Assembly: GCA_946540105.1 (NCBI GenBank) | Contig: CAMNIA010000001.1 | Coordinates: 1 to 52,729, forward strand | Length of the DNA: 52,729 nt | Source: an uncultured Prevotella sp. | Lineage (GTDB): Bacteria > Bacteroidota > Bacteroidia > Bacteroidales > Bacteroidaceae | Direction of reading: 5' to 3' | Part shown: positions 47,158 through 52,729 of the stretch, one piece after another | Position numbering within the stretch: the stretch's first letter is position 1 | Layout of the letters: the number at the start of each line of letters is the position of its first letter | The notes under the pieces: generated by a model | The model's database searches: none | What the model saw: only the letters and a program-made list of their open reading frames with translations | What the model was told of the DNA's origin: nothing | Translations under genes and position numbers: made by a program

Positions 47158-47790
47158 ATGGAAAAAATGCCCTATTGAACCATGAAGTCGTTATGGCTTC
47201 TTCCGACAAAACCACCAACAACTTCATTTCAAAGATGAAGAAGGAAGGGCGTCTTATCAAGATTGCTGCGAAGATTTATACTACAAATCTCAACGACACT
47301 CCGGAGAATATCATCCGAAGGAATCTCTTTTTCATCCTTGGCGAGCTGTTCCCCGATGCCGTCATGAGTCATCGTAGTGCTTTCGAATGTCGTCCCACAA
47401 GTGAAGGGCACATATATCTGACTTATGGCTATACTAAAATATAGTGTCTTGCGCCACCCCTTTGCCCGCGCCCTCTTCATGCTCTTTATGATTAGCGAGG
47501 TTCACCCCTTCTCCGACGGCAACGGACGCATATCTCGAATCATGATGAACGCAGAGCTGACATCTGCTGGACAGTCGAAAATCATCATCCCGACCGTTTT
47601 CCGCACCGACTACCTCAGTGCATTGCGTCAACTGACCAGGAAAGACAACCCGGAGAAACTCATCAATGCCATCCAGCGCGTCCGTCTATTCAGCTATAAC
47701 ATTCGGGGAGTCAACTTCGAGCAGATGCGCGACTATATGGAACGCTGTAATGCCTTCAAGGAAGAGGACGAGTATATACTTCGGTTTTAG
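47158..47790 (+). pseudogene. Disrupted Fic-domain gene
   Basis: ATG at 47158 goes out of frame at an A6 run; N-terminal fragment (47175-47444) and C-terminal fragment with HPFSDGNGRISR (47425-47790) lie in different frames. Confidence 0.75.
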
Positions 47791-47810
47791 AGCCGTTATT
47801 TCCATAAACG

Positions 47811-47854
47811 AAAAAAAAAAGCGTGCCGCATGTCTTTCCGACCTTGCAGCACGC
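47811..47854 (-). terminator. Terminator downstream of tRNA-Leu
   Basis: Minus strand GCGTGCTGCA/TGCGGCACGC stem followed by T10. Confidence 0.8.
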
Positions 47855-47872
47855 TCTGCTTTTCAAGCCTTG

Positions 47873-47954
47873 TACCCAGACCCGGGCTCGAACCGGGATG
47901 GGTTGCCCCACTGGTGTTTGAGACCAGCGCGTCTACCGATTCCGCCATCTGGGC
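47873..47954 (-). tRNA. tRNA-Leu(CAA)
   Basis: GCCCAGA/TCTGGGT acceptor stem, anticodon arm CTGGT-CTCAAAC-ACCAG, long variable arm, GGTTCGA T-loop; CCA not encoded; promoter TAATTTTG at 47969-47976. Confidence 0.97.
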
Positions 47955-48098
47955 TTGAAAACCGGGTGCAAAATTACAAATAAGTGAGCAAAAAACAAAA
48001 AGAATTATGAATTTTTTATAAATTCTTCTCATTTTCTTGTCCGTTACGCAGAATCTTCGTACCTTAGTAGTCGAAAAAAGTCATAAATCTACATACTA

Positions 48099-49190
48099 AT
48101 GGAAATAAACCAAAACTACTATTGTGTCATCCTGGCGGGAGGCAGAGGACGCCGCCTGTGGCCCTCCAGCCGCGAAGAGCAGCCCAAACAGTTTGTCGAC
48201 TTCTTCGGCACCGGACGCACACAGCTGCAACAGACCTTCGACCGCTATCAGCACATCATCCCGCAGGAGAACATCATCGTCTGCACCAACAAAGACTACG
48301 CACCGCTGGTACGCCAGCAGCTGCCCGCCCTTAAGGAGGAGAACCTCATGGTCGAACCCATCTTCCGAGGCACGGCACCCAGCGTGGCGTGGGCTGACAT
48401 GCGCATCTGCCGCCGCAACAGCGACGCCCTCCTCGTGGTGACACCCTCCGACCAGTTCGTACTCAACGAAGACGCCTTCTTCGCCAACATCCAGGAAGCC
48501 TTCCAATACGTCAGCCAGCGCGACATCCTGCTCACCATGGGCGTCACACCCACACGTCCTGAGCCAGGCTACGGCTACATACAGAAGGGCGACCCCACCG
48601 AGGTCGACGGCATCTGCCGTGTGCAGTCCTTCACCGAGAAGCCCGAACGCGACTTTGCCCGCATGTTCATGGAGAGCGGTGAGTTCCTGTGGAACACCGG
48701 CCTCATCTTCTCCCGCGCCCGCTACCTCCACGAGTGCTTCCAGAAGCTTTTCCCCGAAGTCGTCAACCCCTTCGGCAAGGAGAGCTTCGACTACACCATC
48801 GAACAGGAGATGGCATTCGTCAACAAGAACTACCCCTCCTACCCCAAGCTATCTATAGACCAGGGCGTACTCGAACGTGGCGACAACGTCTTCGTCATGA
48901 CCTGCGACTTCGGGTGGGCAGACCTCGGCACGTGGCACGCCATCTACGAGTGCATGAGCAAGGGCGAGGGCGACAACGTCGTCGTCGACTCCCAAGTCTT
49001 GCTCGACGATGCCCACAACAACGTCATCAAGCTGCCCAAGGGACGCCTCGGCGTCATCAACGGACTCGACGGCTACATCGTCGCCGAGGAAGGCAACGTC
49101 CTGCTCATCTGCAAGAAGAGCGACTCCTCCGCCCTCGTCCGCAAGTACGTCAACGAGGTACAAATCAAGTACGGAGAAGACTATGTTTGA
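48099..49190 (+). CDS. manC: Mannose-1-phosphate guanylyltransferase
   Basis: ILAGGRG.RLWP.SR...PKQF, GYGYI, FTEKP, WNTG, W.DLGTW motifs; no PMI cupin domain. Confidence 0.92.
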   Translation: MEINQNYYCVILAGGRGRRLWPSSREEQPKQFVDFFGTGRTQLQQTFDRYQHIIPQENIIVCTNKDYAPLVRQQLPALKEENLMVEPIFRGTAPSVAWADMRICRRNSDALLVVTPSDQFVLNEDAFFANIQEAFQYVSQRDILLTMGVTPTRPEPGYGYIQKGDPTEVDGICRVQSFTEKPERDFARMFMESGEFLWNTGLIFSRARYLHECFQKLFPEVVNPFGKESFDYTIEQEMAFVNKNYPSYPKLSIDQGVLERGDNVFVMTCDFGWADLGTWHAIYECMSKGEGDNVVVDSQVLLDDAHNNVIKLPKGRLGVINGLDGYIVAEEGNVLLICKKSDSSALVRKYVNEVQIKYGEDYV

Positions 49191-49269
49191 AATAAAAAAT
49201 AAAAAATAAAAAATAAAAATTAAATCAGACCTCAGCCTTCAGCCCTCAGACCTCAGACATCTTTAATTT
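49191..49269 (+). repeat. Composite heptamer array filling the manC-GT4 gap
   Basis: (AAAAAAT)n then TCAGACC TCAGCCT TCAGCCC TCAGACC TCAGACA, ending TCAGACATCTTTAATTT which also occurs at 43790-43806. Confidence 0.85.
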
Positions 49270-50397
49270 ATGAAAGTTGGAATTGACGCAAAACGCATAG
49301 TACGCAACGGCACCGGACTCGGCAGCTACGGCCGCACACTCGTCAACGACCTCATACGGTTAGGCGACAGTGAGCTGCAGCTGCGCCTCTATGCCCCCGA
49401 CCCAGGACACGACGCCCTGCGCAACCAGCTCATCGAGGGCGTCACCCTCTGCTACCCCGATGTCACGATGTCAGGACCACTGGCGGCAGTCCGCAAGGCG
49501 CTGTGGCGCTCGCGCGGCATCGTCAGCGACCTCAGGCGCGACGGCGTGCACGTCTACCACGGACTCTCCGGCGAGCTGCCCTTAGGCCTCAGCACGTCAG
49601 GCATCGCCGGTGTCGTCACCATCCACGACCTCATCTTCCTGCGCCATCCCGAGTACTACCACTGGCTGGACACCAAGATCTACGCCTGGAAGTTCCGTCA
49701 GACGCTGCGTGAGGCGCGCCACATCATCGCCATCAGCGAGCGCACCCGCGAGGACATCCTCCACTACGGCGGCTCGCAGTATGCCGACCGCATCAGCGTC
49801 ATCTACCAGAGCTTCGCCCCCCGTTTCTCCGCCGACGTCACCGCCGACCAGAAGGCCGCCGTGCGCCAGCGCTACCAGCTGCCCTCACGTTACGTCCTCA
49901 GCGTCGGCACCATCGAGCAGCGCAAGAACCTCGCCCTTGCCGTCGAAGCCGTCGACCTGCTGCCGCAGGACATCCACCTCGTCGCCGTCGGCCGCCAGAC
50001 CCCTTACGTCCAGACGCTGCCGCACAGCGAGCGTCTCCACCTGCTCAGTGGCGTCCCCGACGCCGACCTCGCCGTCCTCTACGCCCTGGCAGAAGCCTTT
50101 GTCTATCCCTCCCGTTACGAAGGTTTCGGCATCCCCATCATCGAAGCCATCGCTGCCGGACTCCCCGTCGTCGCCTGCACCGGTTCCTGTCTCGAGGAAG
50201 CAGGCGGACCCTACAGCCGTTACGTCTCGCCCGACGATGTCATCGGCATGGCAGAGGCGCTGAAGATGTCCCTGCGTGGAGCCCTCGGCCGTCAGGAGCG
50301 CATCGCCCGCAGCCGCCAGTACATCCGCCGATTCCAGGGCACCGATGTCGCCAGCCAAGTCGCCGCCATCTACCGCCGACTCGCCGACAACCCCTAA
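49270..50397 (+). CDS. Glycosyltransferase family 4 (GT-B, mannosyltransferase-like)
   Basis: TIHDL, VGTIEQRKN, YPSRYEGFGIPIIEA (EX7E) motifs. Confidence 0.93.
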   Translation: MKVGIDAKRIVRNGTGLGSYGRTLVNDLIRLGDSELQLRLYAPDPGHDALRNQLIEGVTLCYPDVTMSGPLAAVRKALWRSRGIVSDLRRDGVHVYHGLSGELPLGLSTSGIAGVVTIHDLIFLRHPEYYHWLDTKIYAWKFRQTLREARHIIAISERTREDILHYGGSQYADRISVIYQSFAPRFSADVTADQKAAVRQRYQLPSRYVLSVGTIEQRKNLALAVEAVDLLPQDIHLVAVGRQTPYVQTLPHSERLHLLSGVPDADLAVLYALAEAFVYPSRYEGFGIPIIEAIAAGLPVVACTGSCLEEAGGPYSRYVSPDDVIGMAEALKMSLRGALGRQERIARSRQYIRRFQGTDVASQVAAIYRRLADNP

Positions 50398-52385
50398 AAC
50401 GACAGCCGAAGGTGAAATTGCAGGTCTGTCAGGGAGGAGCGATCTACCTGCTGCAGTCCTGTACCTATTGTCGAGCGGTCAAAATATTTCGTCGTTCCCC
50501 ATTTCACAATCGCTGTCACGTGTCGTCCCATGTCGGCACGCACCATCAAAGCACTGCGCAACCCCCTGCCGTAGTATGCAGGAAATCCGAAGTCGTAACC
50601 CACCGAAGCCTCGTATTGGTACAGCCGGCTGTCGTAATCGTCAGTACAGAACCACCCTATATGTGCATCCGTCTTGAGGAAACGCCAACGCCATGAAGCA
50701 TGCTGGCTGACCATAATGCCGCGTGACGATACGCCTTGGAACTGACTGATAACGCCATCGCTCTGGGTACGAAGGGTAAGGCTGGGTGAAACGGCACAGT
50801 CTATACCGGCACGACAGCGATGTTCTGTCTTGTTAACCAACCGCTGTTTATTACTGTCATTACGTTGCCTGATGTGCAGCCGATAGCGGCCCGATAGCGT
50901 CCATCGTTTCTTTTGATAGCGCATAGCCAACAAGGCATCAAAGCTGTCACTGGGTGCCGACACCTGATAGCGAGGCCATGAAAAATGGGCATAATCCACA
51001 TAGCCCTGTACTTGCCACACAACTGAAGGACGCCACGTAACACCGAGGAAGCAGCCATGTTCGTTCTGCACGTCACTACCCTCAGCGAAACTACGCCCAT
51101 GCAAGGCTGTGTAGCGCTTGTCGTAATAACGATGCAACAACATGAGCGACAGCTGCGGAGTAGCCTGCAGCCCCACTGTGTGGATGGCTGCCATTGCCCC
51201 TTGTTGGTTCAGTGCCGTCTCACCCGCCAGCGTCCAGCGGTAGTTGTTATACCCGTAGTCGAGACTGGCATTGAAGAAGCCATTGCCACTGGCAGCATAG
51301 CGTTGATAAAGTTGTGTGCTCTGCGGTTGCAGGTCACGACTGAAGCTGGTGTAGACAGCATTGGCATTGAGGTAGAGCGTACCTTTTTGCCATCCGATGG
51401 TTCCGCCGATGTCCGTCTCGCGCGTATTGTGCTTTTTCGCCATCTCTGCAGGCGTACGGTGGTAGCCGCTGGTGACGAGGGTACGTGCAGAGCCGTCGTC
51501 ATTGAGTGTGGCATCGACATACCGCAGAGACGAAAAGGCGGTAGCATGCCAATGAGGAGAGAAGCGTATGGTGGCAGCAACTCCCTGCATATAACCTGCC
51601 GTAGCGCGGGAGCTGTGGGCAGTGAGCGCATGGTTTGCTCTTCCCATCGACTGTAGCGAAGCCAACTTTCCAAGATGAAAGCCCGTATTCATTATGAGAC
51701 CCATTCCCATCTGTACCCGATACATTCCAAGATTGAGTTCCTGCAGCCACCCCATATCTCGCAGCTGGAAATAATAGCTGTAGTGGTCATAGCCCATCTT
51801 GTTCTGTTCTGCAAAGAAAGGCTCTCCGGAATCCTGCGCACCCGTAATACCAAATTTGACACGATTGTTGTAGTTGAACTGATAACGGAAGTCATGACGA
51901 TAGCGGTAGCCCAGATAGCCTTGACTGTCACCTCGCCGCTCATACAGAGGCACCTTGGCTGTTGTCGTCAGACTGTGGCGTCCGTATTTAGCCAACTTGT
52001 CCCATTGGGGCCACTTCCGTTGCGGTGCTTCCTCGCCGACAAAGACGAAGCACTTCAGCAGGCTGCGCGTTTCGTTGTCGAGCTCAACTATCATCAGCAA
52101 CTCGTTGAGTGAGCGTATAGGGCGATAGCTATCCAAATACTCCATCAGTCCTTCCACCTGGCTGGCAGAGAGAAACGGCAGTTCCTCCAATTCCTCGCGA
52201 GTAGTCTGGTTGAGGTTGATGGGTGCGTTGGCTTTTTCCTCCAACAACTCCATCGTCTCTTCGCCATACGTCTCCTCCATATCTTCGGCTGAGAGCCATT
52301 GTTGCAAGGCCTCCCGCCAGTCGGTCTGGGCAGCGATGCTAATGACATATAAAAAACAGAAAAACAACAAGGGCAGCCTTTTCAT
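50394..52385 (-). CDS. Helix-hairpin-helix (ComEA-like) domain protein with probable C-terminal OM beta-barrel
   Basis: Signal peptide, PINLNQTTREELEELPFLS HhH motif, aromatic amphipathic strands, terminal LRLSF; start trimmed to MKRLPL; TAATTTTG 5 nt upstream. Confidence 0.82.
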   Translation of the reverse strand: MKRLPLLFFCFLYVISIAAQTDWREALQQWLSAEDMEETYGEETMELLEEKANAPINLNQTTREELEELPFLSASQVEGLMEYLDSYRPIRSLNELLMIVELDNETRSLLKCFVFVGEEAPQRKWPQWDKLAKYGRHSLTTTAKVPLYERRGDSQGYLGYRYRHDFRYQFNYNNRVKFGITGAQDSGEPFFAEQNKMGYDHYSYYFQLRDMGWLQELNLGMYRVQMGMGLIMNTGFHLGKLASLQSMGRANHALTAHSSRATAGYMQGVAATIRFSPHWHATAFSSLRYVDATLNDDGSARTLVTSGYHRTPAEMAKKHNTRETDIGGTIGWQKGTLYLNANAVYTSFSRDLQPQSTQLYQRYAASGNGFFNASLDYGYNNYRWTLAGETALNQQGAMAAIHTVGLQATPQLSLMLLHRYYDKRYTALHGRSFAEGSDVQNEHGCFLGVTWRPSVVWQVQGYVDYAHFSWPRYQVSAPSDSFDALLAMRYQKKRWTLSGRYRLHIRQRNDSNKQRLVNKTEHRCRAGIDCAVSPSLTLRTQSDGVISQFQGVSSRGIMVSQHASWRWRFLKTDAHIGWFCTDDYDSRLYQYEASVGYDFGFPAYYGRGLRSALMVRADMGRHVTAIVKWGTTKYFDRSTIGTGLQQVDRSSLTDLQFHLRLSF

Positions 52386-52523
52386 ACAGGCAAAATTACA
52401 TATTACACTGCAAAAAGCCAAAGAAATAAACATTTATTTTATCTTATACACAGTTTGTAAATAAAGTTATAATATCGTTGAATCTAATGCCGTTTCGTCC
52501 TTTTTGTTTGAAAAATCTTGTCG

Positions 52524-52729
52524 TATCTTTGCACTGCATTTCGTCAATCGAGGCTGCCAGACAGCAACCATTAAGGGATGGAACAGCGGGATTTAAGGCT
52601 GACGACAGCCACCATTAAGTCTTAGCATTGCTACCATTAACTCTGGAGATTGCGCGCATTAAACGTAGCGACGACTCCCTTTAAAGGTACTGCCGAAAGG
52701 CTGAATCGGACGGAAAAAACGAGAGTATT
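52524..52729 (+). promoter_or_regulatory. Promoter (TATCTTTG) and long structured leader or ncRNA running off the window
   Basis: -7 element at 52524-52531, then ~195 nt with hairpin+ACCATTAA repeats and a GTAGCG ops-like core; no convincing CDS start. Confidence 0.6.

Noticed and set aside
44667..50358. Many long alternative-frame and antisense ORFs over priA, manC and the GT4 (also over porK, gdh, mdh, DUF5703)
   Set aside because: Expected shadows of GC-rich, C-ending codon usage; no recognisable motifs or expression signals
52551..52662. CRISPR array
   Set aside because: Repeats are short, degenerate and irregularly spaced with no ~30-nt unique spacers and no cas genes

Overview
Core-genome window of a Bacteroidota organism, very probably Prevotella/Segatella-like (TAnnTTTG promoters, no Shine-Dalgarno sequences, Bacteroidales gene order). 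Left to right: start of an RND efflux operon; the complete dcw cluster on the minus strand (mraZ-rsmH-ftsL-ftsI-murE-mraY-murD-ftsW-murG-murC-ftsQ-ftsA-ftsZ) with three MraZ boxes; a divergent, apparently continuous run of glycine-lipid acyltransferases (glsA/glsB-like), a four-gene HPr-kinase-like / S26 peptidase / PqqD-RRE / ABC exporter cassette with no visible precursor, and the type IX secretion core porP-porK-porL-porM-porN; an OM porin; a TRL-lipoprotein / secreted caspase-like cassette; gdh, rlpA, dsbD, mdh; an orphan promoter-to-terminator sRNA candidate; a DUF5703 glycosidase-like gene, metallophosphoesterase, OM barrel, a 55-aa ferredoxin missed by the ORF track, porT, a split 5'-nucleotidase, priA, a broken Fic gene at the 3' end of tRNA-Leu(CAA), manC, a GT4, an HhH/beta-barrel gene, and a structured repeat-containing leader running off the right edge. 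The best leads are the precursor-less kinase/peptidase/RRE/ABC cassette between lipid and T9SS genes, the anti-start-codon sRNA, a 30-nt repeat placed identically before porL and porM, and a family of 7-8-nt repeats and palindromes that occupy intergenic gaps, linkers and signal peptides. All calls come from reading motifs by eye; no searches were run.
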